The translations under genes and the position numbers were made by a program. From positions 124,001 through 188,000 of the forward strand of contig JASVEC010000020.1 in the NCBI GenBank assembly GCA_030770535.1: DNA of 64,000 nucleotides, in the 5' to 3' direction. The notes under the pieces were generated by a model. That model was not told where the DNA came from. It worked only from the letters and a program-made list of their open reading frames with translations, and searched no databases. The DNA comes from Batkoa obscura (Eukaryota). Below are positions 12,737-25,524 of this stretch, piece by piece (position 1 is the first letter of the stretch; the number at the start of each line of letters is the position of its first letter).

Positions 12737-14603
12737 AAAAGTTAAAAAGGATAAGCCTCAAGAAAATGATAAACGACCATTTTTAGAGCAGATTTTCAAT
12801 GATAAATCAGATAAACTGGGCATTACAGGTGATCTATGTAGTATAATTGATAAGAAAGGGGAAGTATATATCTATGAACAGATCTTATAGTGCTATAATA
12901 ACTTTCTTTTTGATGGTAAGATAAGGACCAAGTTTTGAATACTATGGAAAATTTTACGATTTTATGCTTTTCCAAATGTTTCTAGAAAACGTTCTGATGT
13001 ATATAAAGAAAAACAATGAATATCAAAGTAGCTTTAGCATTGTTATGAGAGAAAAAGTATACTATAGATATAGCATTTCAAGTGGATGTTTTTAAAATAT
13101 CTAATAAGCTGAGAGATAATTACACTGTTCGTGTTCTTGATTGTTATCAGACTCATGTCTTCATATTACTTTTCCCACTTGGTATTATTGAACAAGATAA
13201 TAATTTAGTAGTTAAAGTAAAAGGCGGCTATCCCTTTGAAGAATTCCAAATTAAGAAATAGCCAAGCTTAGGAATTGATATTGAAAAATTTGATGGAGCG
13301 ATTGTTGAAAAGGCAGATGGTATGGACCCATTTCTTGCAATTGAAAAGAATGCTGATATCATATATCCTTCTTCTTGTGGTATACATTCAGGAGTAAATG
13401 GGGCTTTATACCACACTATCTTAGAAAAAGGTATGTTCGAAAAAAATTGGTGATTTTCCACATACATTTATTTCCCCTAAAAATCCAGTTGTGTTTGAGA
13501 TGAACATAAAATGCAATAAAGAGGTTGTAAGGACTTCATATATTGTCTTATTCAATGATGGTGGGTTCAGAAATAATGAAGATTATTACCAAAAATTTTG
13601 CGCACCCAAAGTAGACCCTAAAGCAGCTACCAATACAGTTAACCAAAATAGAACTGAAGAAGCAGAAAAGGCAATGCTAGCAGAACAAGAAATAAAAAGG
13701 GCTAAATAAAATGAAGCTAAATTAGTTGAATCAAAGTAAATTATCAAAAAAGATATAGAGATTAGTGGCGAAATGAAAAAATTACCTGATCCACCAGAAA
13801 TAAAGATCAACAAACTAAGAATAACTAGAAATTTTTCCAATTACTATACTTTTGATAAAGATGTTGATGTCCTTGTTATGCAAGATTTTAATTCAGAAGC
13901 TAGTGATATTGAGTTTAAAAAAGAAGTTATGTAAGGATTTAAGCTATTTAAGCTATTTAAGGAGTATGATGTTAAAAAGCTGATTATTGATTGCTGATAT
14001 TAGTATCAATGATGGTGATACAGTATGGTATGGTTATTCTGTTATGAAATATTTGTTAAATAAAAAATTTAGACCTTTTAGACTTGATATACACTTAAGT
14101 CCGATAATTACTTCTTTCATTATTCTTAAGCAATAGCTCAAAGATATCCTTATACTGAGGACCATCTGGCTTATAAAGGCAGCTGGATTAAATCCCATAA
14201 ACAAGTTTGTATCCTTAATCATTAAAGAAGTGACGTAGAAAACAGATATACTAGCTTTTTTTCTCATAATTGTGGTTCTGAAGACTTCATGTCAGTATTT
14301 GCTAATAATAACGCTGAGACTTAATTTGACTTAAAAAATATTGCAACAATGTCTGGGCTAACTTGTTATTTAATTTATGGTTTATCTGCGATTGGATTCT
14401 AAGAACCATCAGATGTTGGAACTTATACAATTGATGAAACAAAAATCAAAAACTCACCTAAGCCTATTGCTGGTTCAATGAATAGTGCTAATGTCAGATT
14501 TGATCAATTGGATGAAATAATATCCATGCTTCAAGATCATCCTTTAGCACCTAAGTCGTTCCCGGTTCAATTACCGTTAGACATTGCTCTTAAGCAAGCA
14601 TAT

Positions 14604-14701
14604 GAGGATGTATTTTTGTATTTAAGAATTTTGCTAACAATTTTTTCACTCAAACAGTGCTTAAAAGATATAAAAAGTAATGAAGTCAAAAAAACATCCC
14701 C
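14604..14701 (-). mobile_element. MITE copy inserted in S41 pseudogene copy 1
   Basis: TSD ATAT (14600-14603 / 14702-14705); the paralog shows the empty site. Confidence 0.95.
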
Positions 14702-14723
14702 ATATTCTTATTTCCCAGATAAG

Positions 14724-15123
14724 TGTGAAATATCGCTTTGTCAGTCCCATGGTTAATTATTTTGATTTGTTATGAGAATTTCTAGTTCCACCCAAAAGAG
14801 TATTATCTTCTCATTTTGATACTTATACTTTTCAGAGTATAAAAGAGTTTACAGAGTATAATAGTTCGAGGCTTTTTAACTGAATTAATCCCTGATATCT
14901 CGAACATTTAATAAAGCCACTAAGTTTTCTTAATAGTATTTTACATAGATTTTACATTAGTATTGTCTATTCTATTTGTCTTATATAGCTTGTAACCTAT
15001 TACATGCTATTCCTCATAACCCAAGTCTATCTTAGTCACATAAACTAAGACCTTTCGACTTACAGTGTAGTCAACCCAGCAATAGCTGTTCTTGACTCCA
15101 AACCCTGAGTACCAGATTTCACA
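14724..15123 (+). mobile_element. Solo LTR (400 bp, internally deleted)
   Basis: TGTGAAAT...ATTTCACA ends, 4-bp TSD TAAG, near-identical to 51635-52098; interrupts the S41 reading frame. Confidence 0.88.
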
Positions 15124-15299
15124 TAAGAATGAAAAACCTATACTTCTAAAAATTTTAACAAGGCAATCTAAGCACCATTTATATCATATTAACACTTCGA
15201 CTGAAGATCTATCCATCAACTGTACCATAGTTGCTAAAGAGAAGAAATTTACTTGGGCTTAGTAGAAATATGCTACAATAAAATAGTCAATTAATGTAT

Positions 15300-15396
15300 G
15301 GGGATGTATTTCTGTGTTTAAGAATTTTACTAACAGCTTTTCTGCTTAAATAGCGCTTAAAAAATGGAAAAATAATGAAATAAAAAAAACACCCCT
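15300..15396 (-). mobile_element. MITE copy
   Basis: Full length; flanks GTAT/ACAT. Confidence 0.88.
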
Positions 15397-15484
15397 ACAT
15401 CTTTTATTTTCTGTTCAATAACCTTACATTAACGCTTAATTTACAGTCTATGAAAAAGCTACAATGGCAGTAAATTTATGATAT

Positions 15485-15580
15485 GAGAGTCTTCTTTTAT
15501 TTCATTATTTTTCCATTTTTTAAGCGCTATTTAAGCGGAAAAGTTGTTAATAAAATTCTTAAACACAAAAATATATCCCC
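15485..15580 (+). mobile_element. MITE copy
   Basis: TSD ATAT/ATAT. Confidence 0.9.
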
Positions 15581-16342
15581 ATATATTTAATGGGATTACA
15601 GAGTATCTAAATTACAATCAATGGCATAAAAATAGTTTTAATCAAAATAAGAAGGTTTGGTTAGGACCATTTTAACAATATATTCTAAAAAAAAATTATA
15701 TATGTATCGAAGCCCTATTTATCATATCTCACTATAATTATAGTTTTGCTTAGATGTTCTTATTAGTATTTTATCAATATTTTAAAAATAAAAAGCTTAA
15801 AAAACAAAATAAGAATCCAATTTTTAATAGAATTAAATAAAAATACTATTTTTACAATGTTTATATGACTTAAAAGGGTGGTTTGTATACATAATGAATA
15901 AAACTACATCAATAATTTTGGTTTGTTACCACCATATTAAAAAAGAATGATGGTATATAATAATTATTATTTGAATTTGAATTATTTCAGACTTGTCGTT
16001 TTTAAAATGAACCAATCAAAACCCAAAATTAACCAAAAAGGTTGGCAAATTGAATTGATGGATAATCAATAACCAAGGAATAGTATTTGATACTTAGATG
16101 TATATAAAAAATCCAGTCCCTTTCTTTACCAGCCGTAAAGCTATACTTGGTACTCTTTGTAAGTTTATACATAATATTATAAATAAAGGAACAGATGATA
16201 AATAAAACGAACACATCCATTACAAAATAAGAAGCGAATTTTTTAGTGTAAATTGTTGGATAAAAATGAACGAAATTGAAGAAATCACAACTAACTTATA
16301 AATCCAATTAGTTATTGTCATACCCTAATTATATTTGACAGA

Positions 16343-17244
16343 ATGTCTAAGTTACCCGCTGTTCTCCAAGGTAAGTATTATTTACATTAAATATTAACCA
16401 GTTATTAAATTCAAAAAAAGCCACTGAAGAAGACATCAAGCTTCTCCTTGCTGCTGAATCCCACATTGGGACCAAAAACTCCCAAGTAACCATGTCTCGT
16501 TACGTTTACAAAACCCGTGCTGATGGTGTTAACATTATCAACATTGGTAAAACCTGGGAAAAATTAGTATTAGCTGCCCGTATCATTGCTGCTATTGAAA
16601 ACCCACAAGATATTGTTGTCATCTCTGCCCGTAATTACGGTCAACGTGCCGTACTTAAATTTGCTTCCAACATCGGTGCTACCGCCGTTGCTGGTCGTTT
16701 CACCCCAGGTACTTTCACCAATTACATTACTCGTGCTTTCCGTGAACCACGTCTTGTAATTGTCACTGATCCAATCTCTGATTTCCAACCAATTAAAGAA
16801 GCTGCTTACGTTAACGTTCCAGTTATTGCTTTTGCTGATGTTGATGCTACTCTTAAATACGTTGATGTAGCTATCCCAATGAACAACAAAGGTAAACATT
16901 CCGTTGGTCTTGGATGGTGGTTATTAGCTCGTGAAGTCCTCCGTCTTCGTGGAACTATCGCCCGTGATCAACCATGGGATGTTATGGTTGATATGTTCTT
17001 CTACCGTGACCCAGAAGAGATTGAAAAAGAAAATGAAGAAGCTGAAGAAGTTCAAGAAGAAGATGGTTTTGCTGCTGAAACTGGCTATGAAGTTTCTGGA
17101 GAAACTGCTTCAGGTGCTATTAATCCAGCTATTGCTGCCTCAGTATCTGCTACTGGTGCCGGTGGTAACTGGGATGAGGAAGAAGCTGCTGGTAACTGGG
17201 GTGACGAACCAGCCGCTCCAGCCGCTAACACCTGGGACAATTAA
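16343..17244 (+). CDS. RPS0: 40S ribosomal protein S0/uS2 (laminin receptor homolog), 2 coding exons
   Basis: [44 protein letters not shown], acidic tail; intron 16371-16420; strong codon bias. Confidence 0.98.
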
Positions 17245-17438
17245 AATAAACTGATATATTTATATTAAATAAATAGTCTGTCTATATTAATTTCAAATAG
17301 ATATTATTTCTAGATAATTTGATATTTATATATTAGGAAATTTATATAAGACATATTTTTTAGTTTTTAGAACATATTGTATTACTTTTCACAAGCATTA
17401 TTTTTATTGTCAAGCTTTACATTAGTTCAAACATTAAA

Positions 17439-18127
17439 TTATGATAATATTTTGCGCATAGAATAGGCATCTTCTCCGTCGGCATAATATTTCTTTTCAG
17501 TTTCATGAATACTATTAATAATTAATTAGAGTATCGTTGTTTTGGAAATGTGCCTACCTGAATTTTAGCGTATTATGATATAAACTAAATGCAGCTTTAT
17601 TTCCAACTCTAACGTGTAGGGATACATATTTTGCTTTATAGCATTCCACCATCATTTTTTCTAAACTATTAGTTTTTAATTTATTATTAAACAATTAAAT
17701 TACGTGATTGATTCATTAATTTGTCAGCTATACCTAATCGTCTATAATTACGCATCACCGATAATGAAGTTATATGACCATGAGGTAATTCATTATTTTC
17801 TTCTTCCCTATTTATTTTTTTAGTTTATTTTTTGTTGTTTTAAACTTTGTTTACATTTTGGCCAAAACATAACCTACAATACGTCCTTTTGGGTCTTCAG
17901 CTACATAACTTAATTGAGGCCAACTTAATGCATGATAAAGATCTAATTATTATTTAATCCATCTACTTAATTTTATATTTCCTTACAGTACTTGATTTGA
18001 TAATTTTCTGGTAAATTACTAATATTGCAATGTTGAATTGCTAAAAGATCATCGGCCTGAAGAATAGTTAATCATTGATTATATTGGATTGATTTCTATG
18101 TTTTACTGTTGCTTGACGTATATTCAT
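17439..18127 (-). CDS. ARD1: N-terminal acetyltransferase A catalytic subunit, 6 exons
   Basis: Spliced [75 protein letters not shown]; absent from the ORF track because the exons are short. Confidence 0.95.
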
Positions 18128-19220
18128 TTTAGGTAAAAACAATTTCACAATTCATTACGTTTGTTAGTTAAATTATTAGGGATTAAATTTATCGATGGGA
18201 AATCAAATTATTACTTGTAAGCCAATCAAGAGACATTATTGATTTGTTCTATTTCAACATTGTACATGGATTAGTTTAAAAGCCTGGTTCAAAATTTAGA
18301 CATTTTGATTTTTAGTAAAATTGCGAATTAAGCACTATACTGCTACAAAAGTAGATTTTGCTTAGTTAAATTTTGTTTTTTTAACCAGGCTTTTAAATTA
18401 CTTATTTGAATGATAAGTTATTATATTACAGCACTTGTAAATGAAAACATAGACATGTTCAATTGTATATATAAAGGGGTACTTGTAGAAAATAGCTCGA
18501 ATTTGAACCATTTTCAGATTAAAACTTAAAATATCTATCTACTATTTCTTTCACCAATGTTTTTATATAAAATAATGTGATAGAGAAAATTAGTCATTTT
18601 AAATGTTTATTTAATAAATTATACGACTTCAAATTTATAAGTGCTTTGTGTCTTAATATTTAAATACTAAATAAGAAAGTATAATAAGCATTGAAAATTC
18701 ATTAGAAGTCTTTTTTTGTATAAATCTTTTTTTGAAAATTTTGAATCTATGAGGGTGTGTTTTACCAAATAGAATGTAGAACTAAGCTGTGTAATACCTT
18801 TAAACCTTTTTAATAAAATAAACAAGTTTATTATCAACTTGAAATGTAATGGAACTTAGTCATAATGGTTTTTATACTTTAGAAATCTAACCCAATTTAT
18901 TGGTTGATTGTAAAACCTTATTGACTAATTTAATTGGCTAACCCACATCTTTTTGCAATCATAAGGTCAAAATAGTTGCATAAAGACTTAAATATAACGT
19001 AAAAGTAGGAGATAACTTTTTTAGTAAACCAGAAGTAGAAGTACTTAGAAAGTGCTCAATAACTATTCAAGGGGAGCCCCTACGACCTTACACAAACTAT
19101 TATTTTCAAGACCTAAACTCGGCATAAACATACCACAAGCAACTTAAACCTCTTCGATTACCTTGACTCGTTTTTTTACTTTAGCTTTATTAACTATATA
19201 TATAAATACAAAACACCAAA

Positions 19221-20498
19221 ATGACAGACACAAATAATGATCTTCCAGCTCAGCTAGAAAACTTAAACTTGGGAAATGAAACCAAACGAAGTGAGGAAGC
19301 TTCAAATCCAAATTTGAAAAAAGTATCAAGCCAAAATAGACGTCCTAAACATAAGGTAACTTAGATTTGATTTAAATTGCGTATTTTTTAAATCCTTTAA
19401 ATAGTCTTCGGATTATAGATTAAATAACAGAAACAACAACGATTTAGATTATATCCCTACTGCAGTTGTGATTAAAAATATACCCTTTTCAATTAAACGT
19501 GAATTGCTTTTGGATATCTTTGTAAGTTGATTCAAATTATTAAAAAAGAATTGCAAACTTATTTTTAGTCCCATCTTGGTTTACCAACACCATTTGCTTT
19601 AAATTATCATCTAGATAATGGTATTTTTCGTGGGCTTGCATTTGCCAACTTTCGCACTCCTGAAGAAACAGCCCTTGTAATTAAATCAATTCGAGGAGTT
19701 GAATTATGTGGAAGGAAACTTAAAATTGAATATAAGAAGTCGAATGGTGCTGAAAGAAGGGAATATAATTCCAATACAAATGCTAATTCAAATCAAATTA
19801 ATGGCTCTAATGAGAATATAAATTCAATATCAAACGAAACAAATAGTAAGTTAATTAAAGTGATTATAAAATTTAAAATTAAATTCTTTTAAAGATGAAG
19901 ATCTTAACAAACAAAACAAAGGTGAAAATGAAGAGTTGGACTTTAATAATGAACAAATAAATGCATTTTATGAACAGATTGCTTCGTTTTATGAAGATGA
20001 TACTCGTGAAGCTTTAATTTATCCACCTGTTCTTGATTCAACGCAACGTAAAATCGTACATGCTATTGCAGAAAGGTTTGGGCTTTATCACTATAGCCAA
20101 GGAGTAGGGGAAGAGCGTCATATAAGAGTTTCTAAAACTAAACCTCCCCAACCTCAATACGTAAAGAGAGAAGATAAGCAACCAGCTCGTCGTATCAATA
20201 ACTTTAAAGGAAATAATAGCTATAACAAAGATAGTCAATTTTATGAAAAAGATAATAACTCTAGTGGTTTAAGCGAAAGATCTTCATCTGGACCTAAATC
20301 TTATAAAGTTAATGCTAAGTAAGAGTGAATTATTTTGTTTATCAATTTATTGACATTTAATATAGGGTTTTTGACGCAACTATTGCCTATCCAATTCGCC
20401 AGCCTACATTGCCCGATCTTAATAATAACTTTGTATTACGCAAAGAAGAGCTTGAACTTGAGCAAAAGAATAGTAATACCATAGTTGAAGCACAGTAG
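19221..20498 (+). CDS. RRM + R3H RNA-binding protein (Pin4/Cip1-Cip2-like), 5 exons
   Basis: IPTAVVIKNIPF, PFALNYHLDNGIFRGLAFANF (RRM), QRKIVHAIAERFGLYH (R3H), C-terminal PIRQP motif. Confidence 0.88.
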
Positions 20499-21073
20499 TT
20501 GATTCGTGACTATAAGGAGTATTTAAAAAATCTAGTGCTTAATAAAGAAATATCTAACATAATTTTGATTTATTGATAATTAAAAGATCAATTGATGTAT
20601 TACTATGAATTTATAAAAATATTGTTTGGGTTTTATATAATCTATAACACAAGTATATTTCAAACTCTATTAGTGCATATTAATAAAAAATAACCTATTT
20701 AAATTATTATATATCAGTTATAGTTTTTCAAGTAGAAAATAGGACACAAGCTCATCACCAAGGAATGGGACTGAATTTATTTCAGCCTTTTTAAAATTGA
20801 AGAGTATTTTAACTATGGCTTTAAAAATACAATATTATATGATAGCCAAAGTGAGTAAAAATCGCTTAAACAACATATTTGGTTAATTAATTATCATTAT
20901 CAAGTTACATGTAACAACCAAGCTATAGAACGAACATATTACTAATAGTATGTAAATTTATTTAAACTTGAAATTCGACTCTTTTACAGTCACTATTCCT
21001 TGAACAATTCTAAACTAAGCATAAATGAAATGTATAACAATTAATTTTCATTGAATTTTGAGATGAACCATAT

Positions 21074-21168
21074 GGGGATGTTTTTTTGACTTCACTTTTT
21101 CCATCTTTTAAGCACTATTTGAGCGGGAAAATTGTTAGTAAAATTCTTAAATACAAAAATACATCCCC
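21074..21168 (+). mobile_element. MITE copy
   Basis: TSD ATAT/ATAT. Confidence 0.92.
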
Positions 21169-21588
21169 ATATGGATTTTATAAATCTAAACCAAAATCAA
21201 ACAGGAAAATTTATTGATAATTATAACCAGGATTTTAAATTTACCCATATAGGGTATACAGTGTTATTATTATTGTCTTCGAAGGTAACTATAGCTCAAG
21301 TCCTTTATTGTTGTGAGAATGGAATACTATTAAAATTTCAAAAGGGTTTCATTAATCTTCTATTTAGTCTAGCTGATTTTTTTATGAAGAGATTATTCTA
21401 TAGTCTTGACAAAATAGTCCAAAAAACATATTCCAAATAGTGTTTTATAATATAAATGCACATACTCAACTTTGAAACTTTGGCAGATTTGGGTTTGAAT
21501 TTAAAAGAACCTTAGTAGCTTAGAATTAAAGGTATTATTATAAATCATTTATTTCAAATAAATTTAAATTTTAGCTCGGGTTTTATAA

Positions 21589-22609
21589 TCAAGCTAGATT
21601 GTAGCTTGATAAGTTTGGACTTGATGATAACTTCCACTTCCCAAATAAGTGTTCCATTTCTACTTTGGTTTCATCATGTACCAAAAGTGCGAAAATAGGG
21701 TTAATCAGAATAATGGACATAATTGATATCACGACAATAGCATCAACCCAGACTTCACGATTATCTGCATTAGTTATATCTTGTACTATGTTAGTTATAT
21801 AACTTGGAGCGAATACAATGATATAAGCTACTATACCTAATTATTAAATGTTAGTATATTATAGTTTTATAATATAGATTTATGTTACCTATAGCTAAAG
21901 CAGTGATACTCCTCTTAATATTACGAACCGGTTCAGTATAAGATTTGGTATTATTAGCATTATCAAAGTTTTGATCAACATAATAACTATATTTTAATAG
22001 CTTTAAATTCCTCAACAAATTGATATATTTAATTAATATGCCACCATAACATACTGCAATAACAATCGGAAGTAAGAATATTCTTACTAATAGCCATTTG
22101 CTATAAAATATGTTAAATGGTATATCGGCTAATGTTATCAATTCACAATAGCTGTTTGTTGGCATCACTCTCCCTGATTTATAAGATCCTGATACTATTG
22201 CTAATGTTATTGATAATGATACCATAGCCACAGTTGCGATATTGAAATATATTTTATTAATTTTAACTTGTAAAATAATAACTACAAATCTTAAAATAGC
22301 TAAGATAGTAGCACAGTCTATTGAAGCTTCCAAAACTCCTAATGAAATAACAGCTTGAATTTGACAAGCAATGTTCTCATCGTGCATTATCTCATAATTT
22401 GATATCCATTTCATAAAATCAAAAACAATCCATGATATTCCCATTAAACTATCTAATGTACACATTATAATTATCGGTAAGAAGTCGGCCCCTCTGATAC
22501 CATTTCTAAAAATACTAATATAAAATACTAATCCACTACATCCTATTGCTACAAAGGATAACAAGAACATGATTATATCTACAACTAAACTAGTTGCTAA
22601 ATCTGCCAT
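21589..22609 (-). CDS. Seven-TM class-A (rhodopsin-like) GPCR-like receptor, paralog 1, 2 exons
   Basis: Seven hydrophobic segments, TM3 Cys (IACQ), LAILRF at the DRY position, ECL2 Cys, TM5 CY, TM6 FAP, TM7 INPIF; intron 21837-21888. Confidence 0.82.
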
Positions 22610-25050
22610 ATCGAAATTAAACTATAATTAAAAAAACAAAATAAAACTTTAATTTTTAATTCAATTTATTTATTTTATAGTTTGAAATTCAAGGAACAAT
22701 TGGTAAGCTGGGTGCATAGGTATTTTAAAGTTGGTAAATTTATTCTTTAATCAATTCATAGTTTTAAATAGTTGAATTAATCATTTGATGTAGAAATTCT
22801 ACTTATTTCATCTATCTTCTTTAATTATTACTTAAAGAAACCCTTAATCGTTTCTTCTCTAAATTAGTTTCAATAAAAAAAAGGTTCATATTAGATTATT
22901 CTACATTATTTTATCTCACATATAAGATTTTATCTTATAAGTAAACATTGTGAAAACATTATCATTTTTTGTTTTTTATAGTCTATTTTAGTAATTTATT
23001 AATTAATTTCAACTTATAATAAAATAATATAATAAAATTAAATAATCATTTAATCATTTAATTACTAATAATTGTACTGTATCCCTTGACACCACTTAAG
23101 CCACATTAAAATAAAATGCTCAATTTAAATGGAAAATATACTAATTTATAGAATGTACTATTCTTAATCTCACATTTTATTTGTTTATTTTAAATCATAT
23201 ATCAAAGCACGATTTATAACTTTAAGTTGGTATACTATCTCAATGCCTTATCTTTACACCTTATTTACATCTCTGGTTACCTTATTTGATTCTATCACTT
23301 AGCTAGGTAATCAGAACTTACTTTGTCCATTTATTTTAATAAAGAAAATTATTGTATTAATAGATAAGTTTGTTTGCATACATATTTACACCTTAATTTA
23401 ATTCTTTAGCTTTCATTTACCTCAAATTATTGTTTATTTATTGAGCTATAAATATTGTACTAAATCAGCTTAGATTACTAACAACAGATTTGCCTATTTA
23501 ATTGGCAACTATTGTAATCCAGGTATCCAAAAATCTGCATTAAGCTGAAAGGTTAATGTAAGAATTTGCATAAAAGCAGAACAGAACAAATTGAAATGAT
23601 TTAAATTCCTTAGTTTAACTTTAGTTTAAATTTAGTTCAAGTCAAACAATAAACAAAGTATTTTACTTAATAATGATATTGTATATTGAATATTAGACAG
23701 CAATAAGGGATAAGTGAGGAGATTATAAACAAAGGCTTATATCCATAAAAGTAATGGTAAAAAAATGATCAATAACTGATTTTAAGTTGATTTATAAAAA
23801 TGATATTGTATACTAGAGTATCGAAATAAGTTATGAAATATTTTAGATTAACCGAAAAACAATCTGGAACTTAGTCCAATTGGTGTGGGATTAAAGAACT
23901 AAATTTTCAGTAATTTGTCTAAAATAGAATTTAATATAAAATTTTAAAAAATTTAACTAAGCAATGGCTTTTTTATAAACTATATCAGTAACTCATGTGT
24001 GAAAAAAATTTAAAAGCAAATTTATGTAAATTTTCAGCTTTAGAATTTTTAAATCGGTAATCTTTTAAATAAAAGTAACTGTTGTTAAAAAATAAGTAAA
24101 GATAAAATTGGTATTTAGAATATTTTAACTAACACTTGTTAATAAATTTACAAGTACCAAAAAATCATTTAATTTACAATGATGTAAATTATTATAAAAA
24201 ATAAAAAAGGAATAAAAATTAGTACGAAATACTATTTTCTTATCTTGATTATAAGGTTGTTTTTTGTGCACAGGAAATTAAATAATAGATTAGTTTGAGC
24301 CAAATGATATTTAAATCCTTGGTAGCAAAGCTTTAAACAAATTCCACAAAGCGTTTGCTCTTTATTTCTTATATCATTATACATATTATGTAATATCCTT
24401 TTTTTAAAATCGTAGAGTTTTCAATTTTAATAACATTGTGTTACGAGTTTATCAGCTATTTTTTTAAACCAGCAATACTAAATACACTAATCTCTTAAAT
24501 TTGAAGTATTAGCAAAGCAGTCAATAATTCCTTATCTTCATTTTTATAGATACTTAGAATGTGCTGTGTTTAGCAGGTTTTTCATTTCAGAACTCTTTGG
24601 AGAGCTGCTTTTTTTGCAGTTGGATGATATTTATTCATTTCATCTTTAATGATCCTATTATCTATTAATATATCGAGATCAGGATTTTTATATCTATCAT
24701 TTTCTGGACATTATTTAGTAATTAAATGATATGTTTTTAGCCTATATTACTGGGTTTTAAAGACTTAGTTAACTATAAACTATGAGTTGTAGATTCAGGT
24801 AGTTTTACAAACAGACTCTATTAAAGCGCCAAAATAAACATACAATATTGGGGTGCAGTAGTCATATATACATAAATCAATTGGGTGTGGTTTTATGTTG
24901 CTGATTAAATTACAGTTTTTTGTCACTTTGTCATCATCAGCCTTTCCTCCACTAGTAATAGTTCTCAAGCTTAAATACAATAACGTTGCAACAGTAGGAG
25001 ATTTTATCTATTGTTAATTGTGGTATATTATTCCATAATCTACTATATAT

Positions 25051-25146
25051 GGTTTTTTTTTTGGATTCATTACTTTTTCCATCTTTTGAGCACTATTTGA
25101 GCGGAAAAATTGTTAGTAAAATCCTTAAATCCTTAAATACATCCCC
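25051..25146 (+). mobile_element. MITE copy (degenerate left end)
   Basis: Body matches consensus; ATAT on both sides. Confidence 0.85.
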
Positions 25147-25524
25147 ATATCCCTTTATATTTCCAAGTTATTTAATGTTATTGTTACAATTCTTATACCT
25201 TTATTTCCAATTTGTTGTTAACTTGTGCTTTATAGTTGATTCTCATGTTATTTGTTAGTAAAAAACCAATGTATTATAATTTTAAGGTTTTGGGTATTAA
25301 ATTATATAAAAATTATATCCTATTGTTGTTTATTGGTATATATCCTCAGTAATATTTAACTCATAAAAAAGTGGTTTTATTTTGTTCTTAGTTAAATGCT
25401 CTACTTTAATTTGATCATGTTTTATAAATCCAATTTAAAAAAAGTATATGCTACTAATAGTTTTTTTATAACTTGCTATAGTACAATATAATAGCTACTA
25501 AATTATAAGCGTTCAATATTAAAA

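Larger units (their letters stand above)
12534..15262 (+). pseudogene. Secreted peptidase S41 (CPAF/tail-specific-like) pseudogene, copy 1
   Basis: Signal peptide MKLNFLLFVLGPSLLING; KKLII..DISINDG motif; colinear with the paralog at 25525-27663; many stops and frameshifts; interrupted by a MITE and a solo LTR. Confidence 0.75.

Noticed and set aside
16570..17254. Antisense and alternate-frame ORFs over RPS0, and similar shadows over GSH1, the S28 genes, KDM4, CTL and R3H-SUZ
   Set aside because: Explained by codon bias or low complexity of the real gene; no independent motifs
21132..21440. ORFs that start in or span MITEs (also 14478-14756, 25049-25258, 26366-26584, 53054-53263, 53434-53643)
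   Set aside because: Their shared peptide similarity comes from translating the non-coding MITE
24450..25010. Slightly GC-richer, coding-like stretch on the - strand (ORF 24795-24980)
   Set aside because: Possibly a decayed gene, but no recognisable family and many stops; a TBLASTX search would be needed
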